DNA from: Camelus dromedarius
Taxonomy: Eukaryota
DNA: 64,000 nt
NCBI RefSeq assembly: GCF_036321535.1
Contig: NC_087436.1
Coordinates: forward strand, 77,936,001 to 78,000,000
Reading direction: 5' to 3'
The notes beneath the pieces were generated by a model. That model saw only the letters and a list, made by a program, of their open reading frames with translations. It was not told where the DNA came from and ran no database searches. A program made the translations under genes and the position numbers. Of this stretch, positions 24,530 to 37,800 are shown piece by piece. Position 1 is the stretch's first letter, and the number at the start of each line of letters is the position of its first letter.

Positions 24530-24935
24530 CACTAGAGAATGAAAATAGCTGTTCCTGGGAAGGGATGGGGTGGGACTGGGGATGGGAGACAGAGGGGGCT
24601 TCGACTTTATGTGTAGTGTTTGACTTCTTTCATAAACAAAGACCTAAAGCAGACATGACAAAATGTTCAGTATTATCATTTGTGGGTAGCAGGTACACAG
24701 GTGTCAATATATTTTTTTCTATTTTATGAATTTCTCCCAAAAACCAGAAGATTTTTATGATCAAAATTGGATGTTTTCCAAGCAACAAAGAATTCAAAGT
24801 GATGCCTCTGGAGAGAAGCAGTGGAGAAGATGGGGCTTGGGGGGGAGGGGCAGGGAGTCTGAGGTTTAATAAAAAAAACTTGGATACAGTTGTATTCTTT
24901 AAATCACATTTATGCATAACTTTGATTAAAGAAAG
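24530..24935 (+). mobile_element. Two degraded ancient L1 (L1ME-like) 3' ends
   Basis: G-rich tracts followed by AT-rich termini typical of L1ME 3'UTRs. Confidence 0.45.
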
Positions 24936-27168
24936 AAAAACAAAGCATAAAAATTGGATGTTTTCATATAACTATATTACATAACCTTAAACTTCTGTAT
25001 TTAAAGCTTACATTTTAAGGCAATATATACTGGAAAATTATTGTTTTATCTTTTTTGGTTCATTGATTAATCACATTTACATTATATAACAGTTAATCAA
25101 ATTCCAGAGATTTTGGTTTGGTCCTGCTATACACAATTATAATATTTGAAAAGTTTGTTAAAGAATGTTGTACATCTCACAGAATTTATAAAAATTAGCC
25201 TCCTCTTGCTTTTGGATGTGATTATGTGTATACCTTCTCAGGCTGCAATGTGTACCATGAGTAAACACACAAAAGAACTTGGATTCTTGACTGAAGCCTG
25301 CTTTAAAGTCAAATCTTCCACAAACTAACACCACTAGCATATGACTAATGTTTCCAGGGCTTGGACATAACTAGTGATAATTTTAGAATCTACAATTACT
25401 CACATAATTATCTCCAATCAGCTGTCTCTGAAGAGTGGTCAAGAACTAAAGGAAAATGGAGGTTGAATGTGTGGAAATGTCTCCCTATTGGTGGACTGGT
25501 CCGGTGGCTTCAGGTCTGTTCGGAGAGTCAAGGTGTATGTTTGGAGATGTGTTTGGATGAGTAAATAGGGTGGAAGGACATGGCTGTTGCTTGGAGACGT
25601 GAAGTTTGGAAAGAGTTGAAAGAAATAGGAATTTTCTGGCCCAGACTATTGCTCAATGACCTTAAAGAGATTATCTCATAAGGAAAAGCAGGTAAGGAAA
25701 TAAGCCTAAGAAAGACCAAGGCCTTCTCTGTGGAGGTATGAATTTAATACCTCTCACAGCAAGAAATTCATAACAGAGGGTCAAATAAAATATCTTAGTC
25801 TGGATAACGTTACTCAGATAAATAAAACAATTGTCTTAAGTTCTGTTTTGTTTTGTTTTGTTTTTTAAGAACTCATAACAAATTCTTTTTGAAATGCCCT
25901 GCCTTCCTAAGTTAAAAGTCAAACACCAGTTGTAAGCCCAACATTCTAACTTCCAAATACTAAACAAGCTGTACTTCCCCCCAAAATAGCTGAACTAGGA
26001 CTTTCTGTTTTGAAAATATCTCTAAATAGGTACGATTTTGTTTAGCCCTGCCCCTGCTCTTACATTAAGACTACTTGTTATTTTTTGATTTAGAACATAC
26101 AAGAAGATAAAAATGAATGTGAATTTTGGTCTTCGTCTTTTCATTGGTGAGGGGAAAAAAAAAACCCACCCATATATATTGCCAGAATCAAGCCTTTAAG
26201 ATATATCACAATGACATAAATTCCAGAATCTTCTGGCCTGATAAGTAAGGTGCCTATATTAGGCTTCATAAACTTTTATAGGAGTTTTTAGACTTTCTTT
26301 TTTCTTTTTGTTTCCTTTTCTTTCATCTTTATCTTTCTTTCTTGTCTACAAATTACATAGTGGTGAAATTTTTTTTCACTCTGAATTGCAGAGTAATCAA
26401 CCTATGCTTCAAGGAAGAGATAATGTTTGAACCTGTTACACAGTTATTTTAGGGAGAACTGACCAGTATATTGAAATAAGTCATTTGCAAAAAGGCTAGC
26501 AGAACTTGTTCCAGAGCATACAAAATGAGGAAGGAAATGCAAAATAGGACAGCCTGTTGAAGGCAGACAACGGAAGGGACTCATTTTCTCACCGGGAGAG
26601 CAAGAGCAGTGACCATTCTTTCAAAAGGGCCAATTCGTGTAGGAACAAATAACAAGGATCCTGCAGATCGTGGCTCTCTGTTGGAGACATTAAGATCTCA
26701 GATTCTTAGTTTCCTCAACTGTAAATGAGGAGACTGGAGACATGACTTCAGAGGTGTTTTCTAGCTGGTAAATGCTACATCGTATTAAGACTGTATTAAA
26801 TTGTCAGTTTTTAGACTGGCTCCATCGGATACCTCAGCAGTCAGCCAAGAGGCCTGAGGAGGCCCGGAAGCGATGGACTTGACCCAGCTCCACTGACTTG
26901 GTTATAGTTATGGGCATATCTTTTCCCTGGAGTTCGGTGTCCATAGTATTATAGTGATTATGATGCTTAAAAGAGTCCCTGGGGACTTTTCACTTTTCCT
27001 TAAGGCTCGGCCTGTGCTAGAGGCAGCAGCTGCAACTAAACATCCCGGGGCATAGTGATACCTCTGCTCCAGGTCTGGTGAATGAGAGGTGGCATTCCAC
27101 TTCAATGATAGAATGTCTGGAACTAATTTGGGGGACTAATTTCTGATCCAGTGGATATGCATTCCACG

Positions 27169-27281
27169 TAGGGTGACCGGTCATCCCTATTTCCCTGGGC
27201 CTGTCCTGGTCTTAGCACAGAAAACTCTATGTCTTGGGCAAACCCTCAGCTCTAGGCAAACTGAGAGGGTTGGTCATCCTA
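27169..27281. mobile_element. MER81-like hAT-Blackjack MITE
   Basis: Terminal inverted repeats TAGGGTGACC ... GGTCATCCTA, 113 bp. Confidence 0.8.
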
Positions 27282-27289
27282 ATTTGCAA

Positions 27290-27590
27290 ACATATTTACT
27301 GCGACCCTTCAATGGGTCAGGCCCTGGAAAAGGCATTGGGAACCCAAGGAGCACACAACAGTCAAGGTTCCTGCTGTGATGGCGCTACCATCCAGGTGGG
27401 CGAGATGGACATTAAACCAGGGAGTTAAGTCAATGAGCAGTCATCGCAGATGGTGATTGTTCCTGGGACGGAGAGCAGCTGCGAGGCCCTGCTGGGAGGA
27501 GGTCACGGAAGGTTCCTCTTAAGTCACACCTGAAGGATGAGGAGTCAGTCATGAGTATTGCCAGGACAGCTAAATTCCAGGTCATTTCTA
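27290..27590 (-). mobile_element. L2 fragment
   Basis: aacatatttactgcgacc...tgggtcaggccctg ... gaggtcacggaaggttcctc...acctgaaggatgaggag. Confidence 0.6.
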
Positions 27591-28477
27591 AGAAGGAAGA
27601 GGCACTTCAAGGAAACTTTAGGAAGGTATTATAACTCTCAAATTATCTTATTTACCCATTTATGTGCTTTCTGTTAGAATTAGATTTAGAATAAAAATAC
27701 TAATAGAATAATTTGAATAAAATTGCACTTGAGCAAAGACCTAATCTATAATGCCAATGCCTACAATAATTGGTATTTAGTAGGTGTTCAGTACCTACGG
27801 AATAAATTAAAATGTGGAAATATTGCTACCTTTTGATCTACTATGTAGCTCCCTGAAATTCACTTTTCCTGAATTATACCCTTTTTCTTAACCAGACTGT
27901 CCGTAAAGCAGATGGAGTTACAGATCTTATGGGCCATGGAAACCCATAAGCCTCGGGCTATGGCTATTCTGAGTCAGTCTGTGCCTACTGACTCCAAGAG
28001 AGACTTTTCAAGCTCTTTCCTTTGCTCTGTGCCCTTGCATCAGCTCATAAGATGTTAGGTGCTCTGCTACCTAAGTCGAGGAGAGATAGATCTCATAGTT
28101 TTAAGCCTTCAGCTTTTTGATGACCTGCCTCTGTCAGTGGGTTGTGGTGTTACAAATTAAAAGAAGGCAGAGGTCTAACAAACTCACATTTCCATTAGGA
28201 AATTTCTCACCAACCTCAAAACAGCTCACTGTTATGACTTTCTTATTTCTGATCATAGTACCTTTGTTCTCCAGGTTACTCAGGCTTGAGACCTCAAAGC
28301 CAGCTTGGCCTCTTTAGTTTGTTGCCTACATCCAGTCAGCGGCTTTTTCCTCTTGTTTTTCTACTTCCAAATTTCCCTTATTTTTCCCTCACCATTTCCG
28401 GTCCTATTGCATTCAGAGATTAGAGAAATGATGACCTACTTAACTGCCACCCCACATCCCACCCCAGCGAGACACAT

Positions 28478-28568
28478 ACAGGTACCCATACAATGTACTG
28501 CTAGGTTAGAGTAGCCCTGATCACACAGGTACCCATACAATGTACTGCTAGATTAGACTAGCCCTGAT
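28478..28568. repeat. Direct tandem duplication, 47-bp period, 2 copies
   Basis: acaggtacccatacaatgtactgctag(g/a)ttaga(g/c)tagccctgat at 28478-28521 and 28525-28568; 2 mismatches in 44 bp. Confidence 0.95.
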
Positions 28569-29164
28569 ACGCAGTATCTTAGGAATCTAAATTGCTCACT
28601 TACTCCAAAACTGACAGTGGTTTGCTATATTGAAGCAGTCTTGGTTTTCCACCAAATTTTCCAATCTTATCTCTTATTTATGCTTTTACATACATAGTGA
28701 ACCAATGGAGTGGACTGTCTGTCTCTGGGAAAAAAACAGTTTACATTTTCCCATCTCTGTGACTTTTCTCATACTATTCCATTTGCCTGGAATAAAATTT
28801 CATAGCCCCAAAATATATGTACAAAGAACTATTTCTGCCTGAATTTTAGAAACCCATTACAAATATCTTCATTTTAAGTTCCTAGAGAGAAATTTTAATA
28901 CCAGACACAACCTTAATAAATGAAGTCACAATGACTGTCATACTGATAATTTAATACTAATAAACATGTATTTTTTAATACTAGAGTTCTGTTGTAGGTT
29001 TTAGGGATTCAAAGCCATGGTCCCTGATGCAGAGTTGACAGTCAATGGACACAATTGCAGGATCCAGCATTGACCATCACTTTGGACATCAGGGGTTTCT
29101 CTGTATAAGCAGGAGATATTTGTGGCCATCCAAATTAAATTTTTTGAAAAGTGGAGAGGGGGAG

Positions 29165-29400
29165 ACTAACATTTCCTGAGCATTTACTATACACCAGGAT
29201 TATGCTAAGTGCTTTCTCTAGATATTTCTTTAATCTGCATAATGATCCTACAGAGCACTTCATATTATATCCATCTGGACAGAAGAGGCAACTGAAACTG
29301 AAGGAAGTATTTAAAAATAGCCTAAGAACAAAAATCTAGTAAGGACAGAGCCAAGATCTGGACCCAGGTGGGCCAGACTCCAAAGACCATGGTCCTCGTA
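29165..29400 (-). mobile_element. MIR
   Basis: ctgagcatttactatacaccagg...tttaatctgcataatgatcct...gaggcaactgaaactgaagg. Confidence 0.7.
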
Positions 29401-29959
29401 TGACAAGGAGGACACAGTCAATAGAGCAGACACATACACATTGGGTGGATTTGCACTGTAATAAGTGCTGTAATGGAAACTAGTTCAAAGCGTGTGTGCG
29501 TCTCTTTACCGCAAGAGTGGTTACAGTGCAGTCTGGGGGCGGAGCAATGATCAAGATCCCCCACGACGGAAACAGGAAGAATTTCGTTTAAATTCTGACT
29601 CAGTGTGAACTTGAACAAGTTGTTTATCCATTACAAGCTTCAGTTTTCTCATTTGTGAAATTGAAATAATGCTGCTTGCTTTAAAAATGAAATAATACGG
29701 AAAACATCTGAAAAAGAATACATATAAATCACTTTGCTGTACATCTGAAATGAAAATAGACTACACTTCAGTTTTAAAAAGTGAAATATCATATGTATAA
29801 AGAAGTACGGTATCTGGAACATAGAACGCAACCAGTGGAGTTAATTAAATGTAACTATCATCACTATTCAACAGCCTCTTTCATCTTTAATACCTCAGCC
29901 GCCTATAGAATATGATGGTATTTGCTTATCTGTGTGATTTCATTTTGTGTTGTTGAAGA

Positions 29960-30485
29960 ACTGTTTGAAAGTTGCTGACACCCTTAAATACTTTAGCGTG
30001 CATCTCCTAAAAAATAAGGACATTCTCGTCCATAGATAATGATACAGCTAAACACCTAAGAAAAATCAGCAATATTAACTAATGTCATCTAATTTCTGGT
30101 ATATATTTAAGTAATTAAATTTCCTAAATTGTCCCCCCAAGTTATTCCCGAGAATTTGTTTTGAACCAGGGCACATATAAAGTGTTCCATTTGGTGGTTG
30201 TTTCTTTATTCTCTTTCCATGTATTTCAGTCCCCATCCCACTCCCAGCCCTTTTCTGCTTCTCTTGACATTGTCTTTTGTGAAGAAACCAATCAGCCTGT
30301 CCTGGGGAAAGCACCACTTTCTGGAATTGTCTGATATTTTCCCTTGAGGCACCATTTAACTTGTCCTTCTAGCCTCTAAGTTATCCATAGATTGTAAGGC
30401 GGGTCTTAAAGCTTTATTGCATTTGAGTCAAACATGGCAAGAATGCTTCAAAGTCCATGCTATGTAGTTCAGATTACATCACAAG
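29960..30485 (-). mobile_element. Ancient L1 (L1MC4/5-like) fragment
   Basis: cccttaaatactttagcgtgcatctcctaaaaataaggacattctc ... ggcaagaatgcttca, L1MC 3'UTR signature. Confidence 0.65.
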
Positions 30486-30556
30486 AAAATTTCCATGACC
30501 ACTTCCTCTTCAAAATATTTTGCGGTTTCATAGCTACCTCTGGGGTATGGTTAGAC

Positions 30557-30722
30557 CAGTGGTTTTCAACTCTGGCTTCACTTAAAATCACCGGGGAGTT
30601 TTAAAAAAATACTTGTTTCTGCTGCACCCCTAGAGTTTCTTGCCTCAGGCCCAGACATTGGTATTTTTGTAAAGCTGTTCCAGATGATTCTCAGTGTAAT
30701 CAGGGTAAAGAGGGACAGGTTT
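30557..30722. mobile_element. MER5A hAT-Charlie MITE
   Basis: cagtggttttcaac...aatcaccggggagttttaaaaaaatac...ccagatgattct. Confidence 0.75.
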
Positions 30723-31482
30723 AGGACACCAGCTCTGAGAAGGCAAGGGGCACACCTTTCTTATCTGCTGATACCTATTCCTAGTGTTCAGCAGAAAGCC
30801 TGGCTCATAGTTACTGCTCGATAATACATGCTGAATCAATCAATTAATTACTAGGCAGCATATACGCCACCTCATCATCCTTTCATACTCCAGCTTTTCC
30901 TTTTTTTCTATGTGGTGAACCATGAAGCCAGTAGGTTAATTTTATAGCCATGTTTAGAGAAATCAGAACATGCCATTATGTTTCCAAGTTTCTGAAAACT
31001 GTATATTGATTGAAAAAGAATCGTTTTCAAACTTCTAAGAGAGGGAAAAAGAGCAATCACTTAGTGATAGTATTAGACTCCTTCTGTAGTAGACAATTTC
31101 ATTTTTTTTTTCTTCTCAACATTATCAGTTCTTCCAGTTCTTACTGTAAGAACAGGTGAAATGATTTTAAAACTGCTTTCAGAAGAAGAAAGAATGGGAG
31201 TTTGTCATAGTTGTCATGGTTTTTTCTTTCAAATATACTGAGCAAATTTCAACCCTGTGGACGAGCGCAATAGAAAGAAGGACCTTAGGGATAGTTACGC
31301 TTTAGTTTATTCCGATTCAACTTTGGCCATATCTTAAAAACAGAATAAAAAGATGTATGATTCATTAGGGCTTGCCAAAACTAACCACCTGTAGCTTTAA
31401 ATACAAAGGAGGTAAGAATGACCACCTTCTCCTAAAACAGAAGCCCATCCCATAGCAAACTTAGGAAACTGTGAATATACAC

Positions 31483-31588
31483 TTATTTGTTTATTTATCT
31501 ATTTATTTTATTGAAGTAAAGTTGATTTACAGGGTTGTGCTGGTTTCTGGTGCACAGCTTAGTGATTCAGTTATATGTATATATTACA
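31483..31588 (-). mobile_element. Short L1 3' terminus (cetartiodactyl type)
   Basis: (ttta)n tail then ttgaagtaaagttgatttacagggttgtgctggtttctggtgcacagcttagtgattcagttata. Confidence 0.8.
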
Positions 31589-31619
31589 CTGACTTACTGT
31601 CCTTCACCTGGATGAAAGG

Positions 31620-32330
31620 CATCAACAATCCAAAAGAAAATCAACAAAGGATATGAACACATAGTTTGTACCTGAAAAGGCTTTTACACAGAAGAAAAAT
31701 GCTCAATCTGACTCATGCTAACAAAAATATAAATTAATACTATACTGAGACACCTTTCTCTTTAACTCATCAGATAAGCAAAAATCCACTGTTACGGAGG
31801 ATAATGAACTCACATACCTTTTGATCCAGCAATACAAGCTAAAGGAAAATTATTCGATGGATATCCTCCACTCTTATTTCAAATAACACATGAAAAAAGT
31901 AATTCATTTCTTTAGGTAAAATATTAGAAACAACTGGCCATAATTAGAAAACTGGAAAAATACATTCTGATGCATTCAAAGAACCAAACACTTTGCAAGT
32001 GTAATAGACAATAATAAGGAAATGATGCACTGATATGAATTACTCAGATACTGTTCAGTGGGAAAAGGTACAGATTACTATGTAGTGTGTGCTATAATGT
32101 ATATAAAAGAAGGAAACAAGAAGGAATATCTTTGTACTATATTATTTTTTACCTAGAACAATCTTTGGGCAGATAAACAAGGAACTGATAAATGGATAGC
32201 TCTTTGGGGGAAGAGATGGGAACTAAGTAAGTGGAAGACAGAGGAAAAGACAGGAAGGAAACTTCTGAAGACACCTTTTCATACTTATCATGTTTGCATC
32301 GTGTGAATACATGACACATTTGAAATGTTA
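31620..32330 (+). mobile_element. Ancient L1 (L1ME-like) ORF2 end / 3'UTR
   Basis: aaaggatatgaacaca...aaaaatgctcaa...catacctttgatccagcaat motifs, heavily degraded. Confidence 0.6.
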
Positions 32331-34204
32331 AAGATTTCTTGAAAACTCTATCAAAGGTCATGAGAAAATGCAATTTTTAAAAAATAGAAAACAAATCCCA
32401 GATAGTCTTATCGTTTTATTCTTGTTGTGGAGTTTTAAAGTCAATTCTATTACTTCTCAGTTTCACTAAAAATGAAACTGAAACTTCTGGGTACATACTT
32501 CTCATAACCCAGACCTAAAAGAGGGGCTCAAGAAAAAACTCACAAGAAGATTATTAAGATAATTTCCAATCTTGATTTTTGTTTTTATACGGAATTTCAA
32601 AGTTTTACAATATAATAAAACATACACCATTTAAAGTCCAAACAGACCCCTGCTGAAAGATATCCATCCCAAGGCTAGTGCTTACAGAAAATCAAAATAA
32701 TGATGTGAAGTAAAATTAATCCCTTTATCCCATGGGGCTCTTCATGGAATCCACAAGAGATGGGGCCCTGACAGTGGAAGTCATCCAAGAAAAAAGAAGG
32801 GATTCTTTCTTCACAGACAATCAATAAGATGAAAAGGAATTGTGGCTTACTGATTTGGCTCTTAGCATCTATTACCTTTGGTTAGCAGTTAGTGAGTGTG
32901 CTCTACTACAAAGACGTATGGGATGGTTACCGTATCGCTAGCACTGTGTCCGGTGCAGTGCATACAACAGATGTAAAAAGAAGTCTGCCAGACCACAGTC
33001 AATGCATCTGTGTTCTAGGGTCTCAGTGACCTTGCCTGGTCATATATCCTCTCCCTGTCTCAGCTCACTTTCCTTATCTGGAAATGGAGTGATAGTGCTC
33101 AGCTGGAATACCTCAGAATTCTGATATGGTGACCAAGGAAGACAACAAATATGAAAGATTCTGGAAGGTGCAAATTGAAAACAGTACTATTGTTACTGCT
33201 GTTCTGACACAGATATACACAGATAGGGCAGAGGATGGAAAAAAAGGTTCCAGAATATGCTTCATGGAAAATGAGCCTCATTTTCATGGAGAATTAATCG
33301 CATTTTCACAGGTGGGCAAAAGAAAACTTAGAAAAGTTAAATAACTTGTTCAAAATCAAGTAGCCAGGCAGAAGCAGAAGTGAAGACAAATTCCCATTCA
33401 AGTGTTTTGATCGAATGTCTCATTTTTCTTTCCACTCCTCTACTTCTTTTACTTTGAACCTTGAGAGCACATGGAGGACAGGACAAGGGAGAAGGGCCAC
33501 GTGATGATCCCAGTCCTAGGAAGGCTGGAGGAACCGTGAGGAAGTGATCAGAGAAGGCACAAAAGGTCAAGTCCTGGTTGGAACGGTTATAAAAAGGAAA
33601 ATAAGAGGGGAGAGTCTATTAGAAAACTAACTTTTACTAAGTATGTCTGACTTACCAGGGCCTTTGGAACGTTCTCTCATATAACCACCACAAGCATCTC
33701 ACTGGCATCTCCATTTTCTAGTGGAGGAAACAAGACTGGAAGCAGTTATCAAGCCTACACAAGACTAGACCGCTAACAGATGGCAGGGCTGTGATGAACT
33801 CTGGGACTGTGGGACTCTGGGTCAGGTCCCTGGTCACTCTGCCCAGTTCCGCGATTGTTGATAAAGACTCTAGAGGATCCTGGGCCCAACTGGGAGAGCA
33901 TTAGATATTCTTAAAAGAATATTTATAATACATGCTCAAATTTTTAAAATAATTTATCTTCACTAAATATTTTCTTTCTGAACTTGTAGGGTGTAAGACT
34001 AGTAAAAATCTCAAGATGGACTCATGTTAGGTATTTTCTATTTGAGATGAGAACCTGGGGCCACATGTGTAAGATCTACACCTCTAGGATCCTCCCCTAA
34101 GAAGGAACAGGGGATTTGAGTCGATAAATAAACACTATCACACAGGAGTTTTTGAATGAAGGTAGCCTGGGATATTTTATTTTTTTGTACTAAGTTCCTG
34201 AATA

Positions 34205-34425
34205 ATGATAATATCTAATATATACACAGAACCTTTTAAGCACCATGCACTGTTCTGCGAGGTTTCGCATTCATTTAATCCTCATAATTGTATGAGGTGA
34301 ATTGTATTACTACGTTTATTTTGCAAATGAGGAAACAGACACAGAGAAGTTGAGTAACTTGTCCAAGATCAAACAGCCAAAAAGTGGTGGAGCTGGGATT
34401 CCAGCCCAGGTCCTTTAGCTGGCAC
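34205..34425 (-). mobile_element. MIR
   Basis: catttaatcctcataa...tttgcaaatgaggaaacagacacagagaagttgagtaacttgtccaagatc. Confidence 0.85.
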
Positions 34426-34549
34426 TACTCAGTGTGGCATGTTATAGAGCGCTTTGCACATTCTGTCACCTAGGACTTCATTTAAAAAGTAATTTTGCTG
34501 CGTACACTAAAACTCTCAAATTCCGGAGTTGGACAGATAAGGATGCATT

Positions 34550-34830
34550 TATTCGCTAATTAAGTCATTCCATTATTCATTCATTCAATACGTATTATAA
34601 TCTTACTATGTACGAGGCTCAGTAATAGCTAAAACAGACGTGGTTCTGCTGTCCTAGAATTCAGAGTCTAGTGGGGAGAAATACTTTAATCAAATAATTA
34701 CATAAATGTAAAATTACCAACTCTCTTAAGAAATATGAAGGAAAGGTACAAGATGTTATAAGATTGTAAGAACATTTAAAGAGGTACACATCCTAACTGA
34801 GGGTGAGTTCTTGAGGAAATGACCTTGAGC
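34550..34830 (-). mobile_element. L2 fragment
   Basis: ttcattcattcaata...ttactatgt...agagtctagtggggaga. Confidence 0.65.
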
Positions 34831-37800
34831 CGGGGTTACAAAACCAGGGACCTTGAGCTGTTAAACATTTCTAAGCCTCAATCCTTACCTGTAAAACAGG
34901 GGTAATGGAGTGCCCTAAAATCTTAGTGAGACACTCCAAAGAGGTTAACCCAGCACTTAGTAAGTACTTAATTAATGATAGTTAATTAGTAGGCCTTATT
35001 TTTATTTTTCTCATTACTCCTTAAGCAGTATCCATCCAGTTAGAGAACAGGATAAAAGAAACAAAGATTTATAATAATAGCAATCATAAAAGTTTCTAGA
35101 AGAGAAAAATAAAATATTTTGAAAACGCTGTGGATTTTTATTTTTTAAAAATAGAATGTTTCTGTGAAATGAGCAGGCTACTGTAAATACCAAATGGGGA
35201 AATAAATGCACACAGGAAATGTAATGCTTTGTTGCTGTTTTTTCTGACACACCTCTTGTCCTAACATTGCTTAGGTTGGCTGTAGCATATTCTTCTGTGT
35301 TTATAAGTATTTCTTTCCATATTAGTTCTCAGTTGATTGATTGATTGATTGATCGATCTACTCTTACCCAGAGCTTGCTACTGCAGCACATAGGGGACGG
35401 GGTTAGATTGACATGACTTGGGTGCGTGAGGGCAGAGAGGGTGATGATGGTACAGCACCAGTAGCTCTAATGAGGAGGAACGATGTTTCAAAGCTAATAT
35501 ATGGATCACAGAGCTTCCAGCCCGACTGCTCTCTGCTTCAGCTTAGCAAGGGAAAGAAGGGAAGCTGTTGTAAAGCCAGCAGATAGAAACTTAATTACTC
35601 TTCCCTGAAATGCAAGGTGTCCCTGAAAGAGTGCCTTGGGGGATGGGTTAAGCAATGCCACATTTTTCAGAGAGAAATTTGCCTATGCTCCCTTGGGGAG
35701 AGCACTTCAAAGGTTCAGAGGACACTTAAAAAGGCCAGGAGCCTCACCCAGGACTAGCGTTAAAGCGATGGAGGTGTGCGCCCTGGAAATCCATGAGTAC
35801 ACAGAGCTGCAGGGGCGAGGAGGTGGGGGGAAGGGGCTGTTTCTCGTGGGGCGCAGTAATGATGTGGACTCCAGCACGTTCTTGTCCAGAATCCAAACTC
35901 TACATCACTACCTCTGAACTGTTGGGACAGGGGCGGCAGTGGGGAGGGGCCCACAGGAGTCATCAGGGCCACCTCTCTGTCCTGGTTAAGTCTGGACTTC
36001 AGCTTTCACTCTGTTTAATCCAGCCCGTTTTGTCCCCATTTGTCCAGTCCTTGCCCCGCATCTTTCAGGAGTTTAACTGACTCAGGCACCCTGGGAGAAA
36101 GTTCCCTGTCCTTGATCCCTGTATTCCTGGGCACCTTTAACCCTGCAGTATCCATCAGTAAAACATGGGCTTTTCTTTAAGTAGTCCAAAAGCAACTTAC
36201 AAATGTGCCTAACTTCCTCTCTTCTACCCCTTCTGGGAGAAACTCTAAAATATTAGAGGGGGCTAGGTTACAGTAGGAGATTAAGTGCAGACAGCCCTAA
36301 AAAGCTACCATTAACTACAAACGGAATTGCCATGTTCCTTTCAAGGCAGTTGTGTTTTCCTCATCATCAGGGATAAACACTGGAGGTGTCTCATGTTTCC
36401 AGGGTGTTTCTGAGGGACCTATCCTTTCATTTAAAACGTAAGTTTTGTAACACATGTTCATTTCCCCCCTTGTAATTAGACCATTGATTCCGAGTATCGG
36501 CCAATGAGAACAGTATTTTTGCCACCCCCCAACCGCCACCCCCAGCACACATATATACATACACAGAGGGATGGGGTACTCGGTATATAGACAAGTTAAA
36601 AAAAAAAAAAAGAGTAAAGGACAGGAATAGAGCTTTCCAGGCATAAGGAGGCAATACATAGAATCACCATAGCAAATCCGGAACTAAGAGGAGCTTTTAA
36701 AGGCCAGATTGCCTTTAAGGCTCTTTCTCTGAAGCTCTGTCCCCCAAGCCTTCTCACCACAGGCGAGAAGACAGGCGCTGTCAAAGTGACATGGGTGGGA
36801 TTCTACTTAGTTTAAATTCTTAATCTTAAAACCACACAGCTAAGAGGAAGCCTTTCCCTCTCTAGAATTTAAAGAATGTGTTTTAAAATACATTTCTGTG
36901 TACATTGAGTCGCTGAGTTATCTGCCACGCCCAGCACATAGCAGGTATTGAGTAAGCCGTGGTTGAATGAAATAGAGAAGGTATGGAAAACCACATGTGT
37001 CTCCTGATGACCAAGCACCTGACTCCTGCTGCCCTGTCAGGCAAGAACTTAAATTCTTTGTCATGCGTCAAAAACCAAAGGCCCCAGGCACGGAGCACTT
37101 ATCGTGAAGGTCTTCAGAAATAGGAAACCACGGCTTGTTTATTTCTTGACCTGTGACTGGTGTTGAGCTCTAGAAATAAAAGGGAAATAAAATATCTTGA
37201 AACAATTTATAAAAGGAAAAAAAGGGCCCTCCCCCAATGCTGTTTGCTGCCACCTTCTTTTTTTTCTCTGCTTCCTTCTTTTCAGCTTGACATCCTCTCA
37301 AACGCTACCTGACAGACTGCAGCAATCACCCTGTGAATGTAAGTAATTTCCTTATTGACAGCCTCCCATTCTCCCTGACATCTGCCAGCACTCCCTGACA
37401 CTTGAATAAGCATTAAGACATTAACAGTCTGGCACAGGCTTAAGGGCTGGAATAGTAATGCTTGGCAGGCTCGCTGAACAAAGCCGCACGCTCGAGTCCC
37501 CACTCATTCAACTCTGCCGTCCTTCTGGCTAGAAACGTGGCAGAGCCCAGAGTAAATGCCGATTACGCGCTCGACTGCTCTGGCATTTTGGTGTCTCCTT
37601 CGACAGGACAGATCGTACATCCAAGGAAAAGTAAAGAAGAACAAGAAAATGCCTGGTTGTGAGACAGTGTAAGTGAGGAGTGGAGGTTCGTGAAAAGACA
37701 GGTCTCTCTTCTCCGGGAGGAGTTAGTGTTTTCAAGGGATTGACTCAGAATGAGAAGCAAGGTCAAGCTCCCCTGACTTACACACAGAACAATTTGCATC

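Noticed and set aside
28478..28568. CRISPR-like repeat
   Set aside because: Only two adjacent copies, no unique spacers, eukaryotic context.
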